Shown: in pieces, positions 36,675-44,189 of the stretch | Numbering within the stretch: position 1 is the first letter of the stretch | Layout: each line of letters starts with the position of its first letter | DNA from: a virus | Taxonomy: Duplodnaviria > Caudoviricetes | Direction: 5' to 3' (one strand) | DNA: 44,189 nt | IMG/VR virus record: IMGVR_UViG_3300020045_005439 | Location: 1 to 44,189 of that record | Notes under the pieces: model-generated | What the model was told of the DNA's origin: nothing | Database searches by the model: none | What the model saw: only the letters and a program-made list of their open reading frames with translations | Translations under genes and position numbers: made by a program

Positions 36675-37037
36675 ATGACAAAGAAATTCACAATGCTACA
36701 ACTGTTCTCCATTTTGGATGGCAGATTATCAACTGAGATTGGAGATGTGTATGAAATGCTAAACCACATTACAGGCGATAGCTTAATGACGCATCATCTG
36801 CCAGTTGCGATGGATTACTTGAAAGAGGTAAATCCCAAATGGTTTCAAGAACTAAAAGCAGAACTTGAAGGAATAAAAAAACTGTGCGGAAACGATTTCC
36901 AAACCTGCATGAATGTGATTAAAGAAAGTTACAATACTGAACATGAAATACCGCAACTTTCTAACGAAGAAAAATCAGGGTTTGGAAAATACATGGTTGA
37001 CAACAGTTTGTTATTGAAGAAACTTAAAACTGCGTAA
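36675..37037 (+). CDS. Hypothetical protein (cassette D), 120 aa
   Basis: ATG 36675 after an A-rich leader; ILDGRL...VYEMLNHITGDSLMTHHLP; inside inverted repeat 36624-37075. Confidence 0.75.
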   Translation: MTKKFTMLQLFSILDGRLSTEIGDVYEMLNHITGDSLMTHHLPVAMDYLKEVNPKWFQELKAELEGIKKLCGNDFQTCMNVIKESYNTEHEIPQLSNEEKSGFGKYMVDNSLLLKKLKTA

Positions 37038-37068
37038 CTGTGCGGTTGGAATTTTTAATAAATATTGC

Positions 37069-37115
37069 AGGTAACACAAAGATTAACGAAATAAAAGTAT
37101 TTAATTGTGTTAAAT
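37069..37115 (+). repeat. Short terminal att-like site 5
   Basis: AGGTAACACAA...TTGTGTTAAAT, 47 bp, abutting a promoter. Confidence 0.5.
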
Positions 37116-37119
37116 AAGT

Positions 37120-37150
37120 TTTGAAATTAAAATATCTTTTTATATTTTTG
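37120..37150 (+). promoter_or_regulatory. Bacteroidota-type promoter
   Basis: TTTG (37120) - 19 nt - TATTTTTG (37143). Confidence 0.7.
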
Positions 37151-37158
37151 TAACCACA

Positions 37159-37419
37159 ATGACAATCAAATTTAAATACGGCTTTATTTATAACGAAGTA
37201 AGATTCGGCTGGCACAAACGAGTACTTTATAGATTGCCTTTTGCAGGTAAAAATAATATGCACTTTGGATTAAAGAAGTTAGAACCATTTATGTTAAATG
37301 GTATATTAACTTACAGATGCAGAAGGGTACACTTAACAGCTAACAGGGTTAAAGAGTTGACCAAAGAGGTGGATTGGGAGGTTATAGTTTGCGAAGATAA
37401 ATTGCATTTACCATTTTAG
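37159..37419 (+). CDS. Hypothetical basic protein
   Basis: 86 aa, FGWHKRVLYRLP. Confidence 0.7.
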   Translation: MTIKFKYGFIYNEVRFGWHKRVLYRLPFAGKNNMHFGLKKLEPFMLNGILTYRCRRVHLTANRVKELTKEVDWEVIVCEDKLHLPF

Positions 37420-37440
37420 GAATTATTAATAAAAAATACC

Positions 37441-37647
37441 ATGAGAATATTTCAATGCTTTATATGTAAAGGAAATTTTAAAACAAATATGGATCCATGT
37501 ATGCACTATGAAGAAGATGAAATGGATGATCAGGGCGAAGTCTCTCTTTGCGATAGTTGCTCTAAAGAAATGCAGGACAGAATAAAAATAAAAAAACTAG
37601 AGAATGAAGTTTCAAAGAAATTCTTTAATTGTAGAAATAATATATAG
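37441..37647 (+). CDS. Hypothetical Zn-finger protein
   Basis: CFIC...CDSC. Confidence 0.6.
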   Translation: MRIFQCFICKGNFKTNMDPCMHYEEDEMDDQGEVSLCDSCSKEMQDRIKIKKLENEVSKKFFNCRNNI

Positions 37648-37678
37648 GCTCTATTAATCACAAATAAAAACAACACAA

Positions 37679-37930
37679 ATGAAACTAACAAGCAGTAACT
37701 ACATTGTCCAATTCAATATGAAAGATGGGCAGATCTTCGGCTATAATCATTCAGATTACTTTATCACTCTTAGCCAAGAAAAATACTTTATAAAGAAAAG
37801 AGACGATAGCGAAGTAGGCTATATAGATTGGCATGAGAATATTATAGACAAGAAAGAATTAGAGTCTATAAAGATATTAGAGCCAGAGCAATCCCTATTT
37901 GATACATTAACTAACGCCTTCAAGCCATAA
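37679..37930 (+). CDS. Hypothetical protein
   Basis: 83 aa, A-rich leader. Confidence 0.65.
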   Translation: MKLTSSNYIVQFNMKDGQIFGYNHSDYFITLSQEKYFIKKRDDSEVGYIDWHENIIDKKELESIKILEPEQSLFDTLTNAFKP

Positions 37931-37933
37931 CAC

Positions 37934-38128
37934 ATGCAAGAAAAATATACTATAACAAAGGAAATAGTACGTGCAATAGTAGTGTTCACCTGTATTATCT
38001 CTGTAATATCTCAGTTATTTTTTTGCTCATTATTATATAAACACGACCATTCTCTGTGGAATTTGTATGAAATGTTGGACGAAATACGGTCAGACATAAG
38101 GGATAATACATTACAAAATTTAAAATAA
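37934..38128 (+). CDS. Small membrane protein
   Basis: One hydrophobic helix. Confidence 0.6.
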   Translation: MQEKYTITKEIVRAIVVFTCIISVISQLFFCSLLYKHDHSLWNLYEMLDEIRSDIRDNTLQNLK

Positions 38129-38144
38129 ACAAAATTAAAATAAC

Positions 38145-38381
38145 ATGACACAGATAATTAAAATGCAAATTGTGAATAAGGGATTAAGAAATAAACTGCC
38201 ACCATTATATTTTGAAACAAGAGAAGCTGCTGAATATATAGTTAATAGATTTAGCGTTATGGAGGTTCGAGGCAAAACAGTAGAATGGGAACTTGAAACA
38301 ATAGAGGCTATGTCAAAAAATGAGGCCTATGCGCAATTTATATCTATGGAAAAAGAACTATTTGAACAGGATAAAATTTAA
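38145..38381 (+). CDS. Hypothetical protein
   Basis: 78 aa. Confidence 0.65.
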   Translation: MTQIIKMQIVNKGLRNKLPPLYFETREAAEYIVNRFSVMEVRGKTVEWELETIEAMSKNEAYAQFISMEKELFEQDKI

Positions 38382-38407
38382 ATATTAACAAACTAAACCA
38401 ACAACAA

Positions 38408-38686
38408 ATGAAAACAACAACAACCATAGTACTACTTATAGTAAGTAGCTTATTATTCCAGAACTGCAAAAAATGTAGACAATGTACAACGTCAGTTAAA
38501 ACAGTAACAGACGTAAATGGCAATGTGCCAGGTTATCCACAAACATCAAATGGATCTAGTAGTTTTGAAGCCTGTGGCGATGATCTAAAAAGAGTAGATG
38601 GCAAGACTACTACTACGAAGTCAACGGCTGGTTCTGGGAATTATACAGCAACGGTAACGATAACATCTAAGACTACTTGTAAATAA
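38408..38686 (+). CDS. Lipoprotein
   Basis: Signal MKTTTTIVLLIVSSLLFQN-C followed by KK; four further Cys; Thr-rich. Confidence 0.75.
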   Translation: MKTTTTIVLLIVSSLLFQNCKKCRQCTTSVKTVTDVNGNVPGYPQTSNGSSSFEACGDDLKRVDGKTTTTKSTAGSGNYTATVTITSKTTCK

Positions 38687-38692
38687 TATTTT

Positions 38693-38899
38693 ATGGAAGA
38701 CAATCCCTATCTATTAACTTATATGGAAGCATTTATAATAAGTCATAAATTGGATGAAAAAATGGATATTAATGATATAGCATCAATATTTTCTATAACA
38801 GTTGATGAAGTTAATGAGCATCTAAGAACTGCGTTATTAAAAATATTGAATGGTGCTGGATCTCGTAAAGTATATCCAGATAAATGGGTACAATTATAA
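38693..38899 (+). CDS. Sigma-70 region 4-like HTH protein
   Basis: LTYMEAFII....MDINDIASIFSITVDEVNEHLRTALLKI. Confidence 0.65.
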   Translation: MEDNPYLLTYMEAFIISHKLDEKMDINDIASIFSITVDEVNEHLRTALLKILNGAGSRKVYPDKWVQL

Positions 38900-39688
38900 T
38901 CTAATATTCTGCACCAAAGCCTTGTCGTTTTTTATGGTAATAAGTGAAATGCCATGATTCCATTTATTAAGAGGCATATATTCAGCTACTAAGCTACAAA
39001 GGCAGCCAGTAGAGTAAGCCTTTATATGATTGCCATTAATATCATGCTCTATATGCTCAGAGGTTTGGTGATGGTGTCCAGCAATGATATTTGTTTTAGC
39101 ACGAAGGAAAAAGCTCCGAGCAGGATTTACTGGCGAGAATGATGAGCTTCCTAGCTCGTGTCCGTGTAATATATTAAGATTACCGACCTTTATTATTCTC
39201 TTATCAGAAATGTAAGAGATGTCCAGTTCATTTAATCCAAGAATTACATCGAACTTAAACTCAGTCATATCTAGCAGCTCAGGAGCTTTTCTTTTTAGAA
39301 AGGATTCCCAGCGCTCTTCATGGTTACCTTGTTTATAATATATTTTAGCTTTATTAAAAGTAAGGCGTATGCGCTTTAAGAAGTCTTTAACCATTTCTAT
39401 TTCACTTTTAAAAGACCTTTTGCGGGGATCTTTTTCAAAGCGAGACACTTGATAATTGTCGGCTATATCACCATTAAGCAAGACCGTATCTACTTTATTA
39501 TCTATACCTAATTGAATAGCTTTGGTAAGCGATTTTACATCATGGAAAGGTATATGTATATCGGATAAGAGAAGTATCCGCTTACATGATTTAGGAAGGT
39601 AAAAAATAGAATAATCGGATTCATCGGGTATTGGTAGGTCGAAAGGATTATTTATGTCTTTCTGCACAAGACATAATACGCAATGCAA
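38894..39688 (-). CDS. Calcineurin-like metallophosphoesterase
   Basis: SDIH, NGD..D, GNHE, HGHE, GHHH motifs; only convincing minus-strand gene; start uncertain. Confidence 0.9.
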   Translation of the reverse strand: MHCVLCLVQKDINNPFDLPIPDESDYSIFYLPKSCKRILLLSDIHIPFHDVKSLTKAIQLGIDNKVDTVLLNGDIADNYQVSRFEKDPRKRSFKSEIEMVKDFLKRIRLTFNKAKIYYKQGNHEERWESFLKRKAPELLDMTEFKFDVILGLNELDISYISDKRIIKVGNLNILHGHELGSSSFSPVNPARSFFLRAKTNIIAGHHHQTSEHIEHDINGNHIKAYSTGCLCSLVAEYMPLNKWNHGISLITIKNDKALVQNIRL

Positions 39689-39707
39689 ATAAATAGGTTA
39701 CAGACAT

Positions 39708-39738
39708 AAAAAAAAGAGGCATTTACGAGATGCCCCTT
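39708..39738 (-). terminator. Intrinsic terminator (minus strand)
   Basis: On minus: GGGGCAT-CTCGTAA-ATGCCTC then T8. Confidence 0.75.
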
Positions 39739-39782
39739 AAATAAAACTAAAATGATTACTGATTATTAGACTGTAAAATAGT

Positions 39783-39819
39783 AAATAAAAACCACTCTAC
39801 CTACAACAATAGAGTGGTT
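39783..39819 (-). terminator. Intrinsic terminator (minus strand)
   Basis: AACCACTCTA/TAGAGTGGTT 10-bp stem then TTTATTT on minus. Confidence 0.7.
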
Positions 39820-39907
39820 AATTAAAATCAAAAACTCAACAAAAATGCGTTACAAATATATACAAAAATATAACATTATTATTATATAAAAGTATTATTT
39901 TTATACG

Positions 39908-40114
39908 ATGGAAGGTTTAAGAAAGATATTAAAAACAAGGGGAATAACACAAATATGGTTATGTAAAAAAGTAGGAGTACACCCTATGACGGTTAGTATG
40001 TGGTTTAGGGCCGTTAAAGATCAGAGGGGTAAAGAAGTAATGCGTATACCTAGACAAAAAACACTAAGGAAAATATGTAGGGTTTTGAAGGTAGAAATGA
40101 CAGATCTATTCTAA
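39908..40114 (+). CDS. Cro/XRE-family HTH regulator
   Basis: LRKILKTRGITQIWLCKKVGVHPMTVSMW...P...TLRKICRVLKV..TDLF. Confidence 0.85.
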   Translation: MEGLRKILKTRGITQIWLCKKVGVHPMTVSMWFRAVKDQRGKEVMRIPRQKTLRKICRVLKVEMTDLF

Positions 40115-40118
40115 TCTA

Positions 40119-40898
40119 ATGAACATACTTTTCGGGAGTGCTTTTAATTGGGCAAAGCAATTAAGAAAAATAGATCACATCGTAACTGTAAAGTATAGCA
40201 GGCACTTCATCTACTACATAGAGCGTAATAGGCAAGACAAATATGGTGTTATAATACCATGCCACTACCATGAGATGTTTGTATGTAATGAAATAAACCC
40301 ACCATTTGCAGACAAGATAATATGCTGCAAGGATTCAGATACTATAAGGCTACTAGATAATAAGCTATTATTTATAAAATGGATGGTCAATAACAGCTAT
40401 CAGGATTATATACCCAGAATATATAAGTATAATGACAATGGTAAAAATTTCTTTTTAGAGAGCATGGCATATCCAGCCATTTATAAGCCGAACATACAAT
40501 CTGGTGGCAGGGGTATCTACATGCTGCATAATGAAAGTGATAATCCTTTAGGTTGTAAAAACTATACTATACAAGAATATGTAGACGATCCGACTGAATA
40601 TGTAGGAAACTTCTATGTAAAGGATGGCCAAATAAAATTTGGTTTAGCCTTTAAAGGTAAAATAAGTGGTTATATAAAAAAGGGTAATATAACGAACTAT
40701 AAAGTAGAGCCTATAAAGGATCCAATCTTTGCAGAAATATTCAGCAAATTAAACTACTCTGGCTTTGCCTGTGCCAACTACAAGAAGGTAGGTAATAGAC
40801 TTCTAATCTTAGAAATAAACCCACGTCTCGGAGGCAGTATCGTCCATGATACAAAGTACCTGAATGAGATCATATCGGTGGTGATAAAAAATATGTGA
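40119..40898 (+). CDS. ATP-grasp domain protein
   Basis: DNKLLF, YPAIYKP..SGGRGI, IQEYV, ILEINPRLGGS. Confidence 0.85.
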   Translation: MNILFGSAFNWAKQLRKIDHIVTVKYSRHFIYYIERNRQDKYGVIIPCHYHEMFVCNEINPPFADKIICCKDSDTIRLLDNKLLFIKWMVNNSYQDYIPRIYKYNDNGKNFFLESMAYPAIYKPNIQSGGRGIYMLHNESDNPLGCKNYTIQEYVDDPTEYVGNFYVKDGQIKFGLAFKGKISGYIKKGNITNYKVEPIKDPIFAEIFSKLNYSGFACANYKKVGNRLLILEINPRLGGSIVHDTKYLNEIISVVIKNM

Positions 40899-40939
40899 AT
40901 ATTTTATAATATTATAATTACTTTTATTATATTTACTTT

Positions 40940-41188
40940 ATGAAAATAATAAAAGAAAAACTATCCACCTATAAGATAGGTCGCGGAGCAACCCCTAAAT
41001 ATGGTTTCGATAAATTACAATTAGATGATTGTTTGATTATAGATCCTGAAAATGACCTATATAAGCAAATACACAGAGTAAGATCTGCAACATTCGCTTA
41101 TAAAAAACATAATGGCTTAGTAGATAATATCTATAAAGTATTATATGATAAAGAATCAAATAAAATTAAAGTTTATAGAGTAAAATAA
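40940..41188 (+). CDS. Hypothetical (putative DNA-binding) protein
   Basis: GRGATPKYGFDKLQLDD...IKVYRVK. Confidence 0.65.
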   Translation: MKIIKEKLSTYKIGRGATPKYGFDKLQLDDCLIIDPENDLYKQIHRVRSATFAYKKHNGLVDNIYKVLYDKESNKIKVYRVK

Positions 41189-41195
41189 AAAAATT

Positions 41196-41561
41196 ATGAA
41201 AAATAACGATATAGAAAAAGCAGAAAAAGAATTTGAGATAAGAGAAAACGAAATAAGAGAGAGAGTAGAATATAACATAAAAACAGAAAACCATCTGGAT
41301 GATCTCAGGAGAAAATGTATAACTGGTCATATAAGGCATGTATTATTAGGATTAGCTCGCTGCATTAAGCATGAGGAGAATGGTTATAGTTGGTCATATA
41401 GCGATGATTATGTAGCTATACCAATAGAAGATTTAAGTTTTATTCTAAATAATTACTTAGAATATATATTAGAGGACGAGTATTATCCTATAACAAATGA
41501 TGTATTTAAGCAACACATTAAAAATAAAATAGATAACAAATTAAAGGAATTAACTAAATAG
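41196..41561 (+). CDS. Hypothetical protein
   Basis: 121 aa. Confidence 0.65.
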   Translation: MKNNDIEKAEKEFEIRENEIRERVEYNIKTENHLDDLRRKCITGHIRHVLLGLARCIKHEENGYSWSYSDDYVAIPIEDLSFILNNYLEYILEDEYYPITNDVFKQHIKNKIDNKLKELTK

Positions 41562-41568
41562 CAAACAA

Positions 41569-42540
41569 ATGGATTTAGAATTAAACGAACCACAAGAAAA
41601 CTATGGTACGGGGTGGATAGCTATATATCGTTCTGTTAAAAAGCACTGGATATGGAATGATCCAGTAAAGTTTCAATGGTGGGTATATATATTGATGGAA
41701 GTCAACCACTCAGATAATAAAGTATTAATTGGTAATGAACTAATTATTTGTAAAAGAGGGGAGAGTTTAAAGAGTTTAAGAAGTTGGGCGAAAGAACTAA
41801 GAACAACTCCAAATCGTTTCAGAATTTTTCTACAACTCTTACAAAAAGATTCTATGATTAGTTTAAAAACCGTAACGAAAACAACACACATAACTGTATG
41901 TAACTATGAGAGTTACCAGAAAAGTGGAACAACAATCGATACAAAAACGAAACAAAGACGGTACAACAATCGATACAATAACAGAACAACAATCGATACA
42001 ATAACAGAACATGACCGACCTACAAACAATAATTATAATAATATAAACAATGAGAAGAATGATAACAATTCTAAAAATGAAAACAAAGAAGAAAGAAAAG
42101 CCGAAGAAAAATTTTCATCGCTTAGCAGCGATGTTTCTTTTTCTCCTGATTTAAAAGAAGAAATACGAAAAGATCTGGTAGATATGTATTATGAATGGTC
42201 TCGTGCAAAATTAGGAGTTGAACCGCAATATGATGGTTCGGATGGAAACGCAATGAAGCAGATAATCTCATATTTAAGTTCACAATTTAAAAGCAAAGAA
42301 GAAATAAAACTTAACTGGGGCGTGGTGCTTTCAAGTTACGACAAGTGGGATCCATTCTATAAAAAACAAACCAGAGTAAGGCAAATAAATTCTAATTTAT
42401 CAAATATTATAAACCAAATTAAAAACCATGAACAACTTACCAGAAAAAACACCAGACCAACAGTCGATGATGTACTTGCAGAGTTTAGGAGACAGCAAGC
42501 CGCTAAGTCTGCAAGTAATAGTAACCAAAGCACTATCTAG
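41569..42540 (+). CDS. Replication initiator (lambda O / DnaD-like)
   Basis: GWIAIYRSVKKHWIW N-terminus, winged helix, ITVCNYESYQ, low-complexity linker with internal DNA repeats. Confidence 0.85.
   Translation: MDLELNEPQENYGTGWIAIYRSVKKHWIWNDPVKFQWWVYILMEVNHSDNKVLIGNELIICKRGESLKSLRSWAKELRTTPNRFRIFLQLLQKDSMISLKTVTKTTHITVCNYESYQKSGTTIDTKTKQRRYNNRYNNRTTIDTITEHDRPTNNNYNNINNEKNDNNSKNENKEERKAEEKFSSLSSDVSFSPDLKEEIRKDLVDMYYEWSRAKLGVEPQYDGSDGNAMKQIISYLSSQFKSKEEIKLNWGVVLSSYDKWDPFYKKQTRVRQINSNLSNIINQIKNHEQLTRKNTRPTVDDVLAEFRRQQAAKSASNSNQSTI
41929..42008 (+). repeat. Iterons / putative replication origin
   Basis: ACAACAATCGATACAA at 41929, 41963 and 41986 (last two form a 23-bp tandem), followed by an A-rich tract. 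Confidence 0.8.
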
Positions 42541-43024
42541 GGAAATACTTTCGCTTGCAGCGATTAAAAGAGAATATGGATATGAAACTCAACAGTCATT
42601 ATTAATTCAGGAAATAACAAAACTAAACGATGTTTTGAATGTTGCAAAACAAATGACAGCCGCTCAGATTTTTAGTGCTGCTGAGTTTATAGTTATACCA
42701 ACAGATGAAGCATTATACTGCTTAACAATCGAAGATATAAGGCTTTGTTTTAGTAAGGCAATCATGGGTCATTATGGCGAAATATATCGTTTGGACGTTA
42801 ATATTATATGCCAATGGCTTGGTAAATACATGGATGAACGCAAGCAAATGTCAGAGCAAATAAATATAGGTATCCACAACCGCCTTAGAAAGCAAGAGAA
42901 TGACGGCACAACAATAGAAGGCATAGATTACTTTGGAGAGCGTGATTTAGATGGTTTCGATAGAAGAAAAAAGAAACGCGATGACATGATGCGAGAATTT
43001 TACGGAGATTCATACAAAGGTTAA
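42428..43024 (+). CDS. Putative helicase loader-like replication protein (DUF6633-like)
   Basis: Follows the initiator; LTIEDIRLCF..GHYGEIYRLD..ICQWL. Confidence 0.6.
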   Translation: MNNLPEKTPDQQSMMYLQSLGDSKPLSLQVIVTKALSREILSLAAIKREYGYETQQSLLIQEITKLNDVLNVAKQMTAAQIFSAAEFIVIPTDEALYCLTIEDIRLCFSKAIMGHYGEIYRLDVNIICQWLGKYMDERKQMSEQINIGIHNRLRKQENDGTTIEGIDYFGERDLDGFDRRKKKRDDMMREFYGDSYKG

Positions 43025-43056
43025 AACCTTAAATTTACATTTGTATATGATCAAGG

Positions 43057-43087
43057 TTGCACGATCTACTATTTAGTAGTATATTTG
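43057..43087 (+). promoter_or_regulatory. Bacteroidota-type promoter
   Basis: TTG (43057) - 20 nt - TATATTTG (43080). Confidence 0.6.
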
Positions 43088-43142
43088 TATACCCAAAATA
43101 AAATAATCGCTAATTTAACGCAACGGGTACTAAAATAAATAA

Positions 43143-43529
43143 ATGGAAAAACTAGGACAAGAGATAACTAAAAACAAATTCCTTTACAGGCAAATGCAAA
43201 GAAATGACTATGCCGCCATTTATGAACAGTACGGCAAGGCATGGGATGGGAAGCCAATGGTTTTTGGATATGAAGTGTTCTGGATTAAAAAACAAGAGGC
43301 TCAGAAAATAAAAATGCAGGGGATCGAAATAGAACTGAAAGAGAAAGAATTATTCCCCAGCGATAATGATTTTGGATTAACTGCATGGTCTGTAAAAAAA
43401 CTAGAGACAGCCCAAAAAATCTACAAGAATTTTAAATACGAGTTTATTAATAATTATATCAAATACACAAAATCAAAATCAAATGGAAAATCAAAAACAA
43501 ACAAACCAGAAAAAAGTTTACAGCGGTAG
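43143..43529 (+). CDS. Hypothetical protein
   Basis: 128 aa, GYEVF...ELFPSDNDFGLTAWS. Confidence 0.7.
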   Translation: MEKLGQEITKNKFLYRQMQRNDYAAIYEQYGKAWDGKPMVFGYEVFWIKKQEAQKIKMQGIEIELKEKELFPSDNDFGLTAWSVKKLETAQKIYKNFKYEFINNYIKYTKSKSNGKSKTNKPEKSLQR

Positions 43530-43980
43530 TATCCTAGAAGGGATCAGAGACTATAAACAAACAGATTTAAGAGATCGTGAAGCGTATGGGATGCCTCCCA
43601 TTAAAGAACAAAACGCCTATATGTATAAAAACATAATAGGAGCCTTTAATGAGTGGAAAGAAAAACGAGCCTTTACTAATTATCCTTTTGGCTATCACTT
43701 TTTATGTACCCAACTTCAACTTTGGGGGCTAGTAGAATTTACAGAACAAAATATTATTTCGTTAAAAGAGGAAATAGATATTCGTATTTCTACAAGCAAA
43801 GTAAACTTTATGAAGTCTATCATGGAAGCTGACAGGGTAGGCGGTCTTAGGAAATGCCGCGCAGAAGAAATAGTATTAGAGCGTTATTTCGATTGGATTA
43901 TAGCAGAAGAAATAGATTTCCAAGCGCTACTCAGAGAGGCTATAAAAAAAGACAATGACAAGAGCAAGTATATTTCATAG
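43483..43980 (+). CDS. Hypothetical protein
   Basis: 165 aa. Confidence 0.6.
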   Translation: MENQKQTNQKKVYSGSILEGIRDYKQTDLRDREAYGMPPIKEQNAYMYKNIIGAFNEWKEKRAFTNYPFGYHFLCTQLQLWGLVEFTEQNIISLKEEIDIRISTSKVNFMKSIMEADRVGGLRKCRAEEIVLERYFDWIIAEEIDFQALLREAIKKDNDKSKYIS

Positions 43981-44014
43981 AAAAAGACAAGTTGTCCAAA
44001 AAAGATATTAACAA

Positions 44015-44189
44015 ATGGAACCAATATTAGAAGAAACCAGCTATGAGAAATTCCTAAAAATATTCTCAGAGGGTTTAGATATACTACAAATATCTAATAG
44101 GCCAGACAAATTGGCTATGCTAGAGCTTATCCAAACCGCTAAACGCATTCACCCCGATTGGATATGCTCTGATATAATAACAGCTTTTA
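44015..44189 (+). CDS. 3'-truncated hypothetical protein (MEPILEETSYEKFLKIF...)
   Basis: Open to the contig end; the frame continues in the reverse complement of 1-34 (...AFKWLVKGKLFDY). Confidence 0.6.
   Translation, partial: MEPILEETSYEKFLKIFSEGLDILQISNRPDKLAMLELIQTAKRIHPDWICSDIITAF

Larger units (their letters stand above)
35008..37115 (+). mobile_element. Integron-like gene cassette array without integrase
   Basis: Alternating TAAC...GTT hairpin sites and GTT...TAAC cassettes whose two ends are mutually complementary. Confidence 0.8.

Noticed and set aside
1-44189. tRNA/rRNA genes, integrase, alternative genetic code
   Set aside because: No cloverleaf or rRNA-like segments were noticed, no tyrosine or serine recombinase motifs were found, and long ORFs are intact under the standard code with all three stops used.

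Overview
This window looks like a near-complete ~44 kb AT-rich tailed dsDNA phage genome, probably a siphovirus. The host is most likely a Bacteroidota: there are TTTG-N19/20-TAnnTTTG promoters, A-rich starts without Shine-Dalgarno sequences, and a lipoprotein of that style. Nearly all genes are on the + strand. The order is unusual: terS/terL, then tail genes (chaperone with a T-TTT-TTT -1 frameshift, tape measure, two tail proteins, major tail protein), a 9-gene glycosyl/sulfo/methyltransferase operon, portal, head and neck genes, tail fibre, lysis genes, early hypothetical genes, and a lambda O-like initiator with iterons. No integrase, DNA polymerase or helicase is recognisable. The most striking unexplained structure is at 35008-37115: an integron-like array of gene cassettes (GTT...TAAC, each with long self-complementary ends) alternating with attC-like hairpins (TAAC...GTT), with no recombinase in the genome. 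The same gene appears twice followed by different hairpins, and one protein is assembled across a GTT junction. This suggests both module types shuffle independently and can create chimeric proteins. Other candidates: a virion glycosylation system with a Thr-rich repeat fibre as possible substrate, U-rich small RNAs complementary to early-gene start regions, and a 92-bp inverted duplication joining the two contig ends (inversion or chimera). All product calls come from motif reading; no database searches were run.
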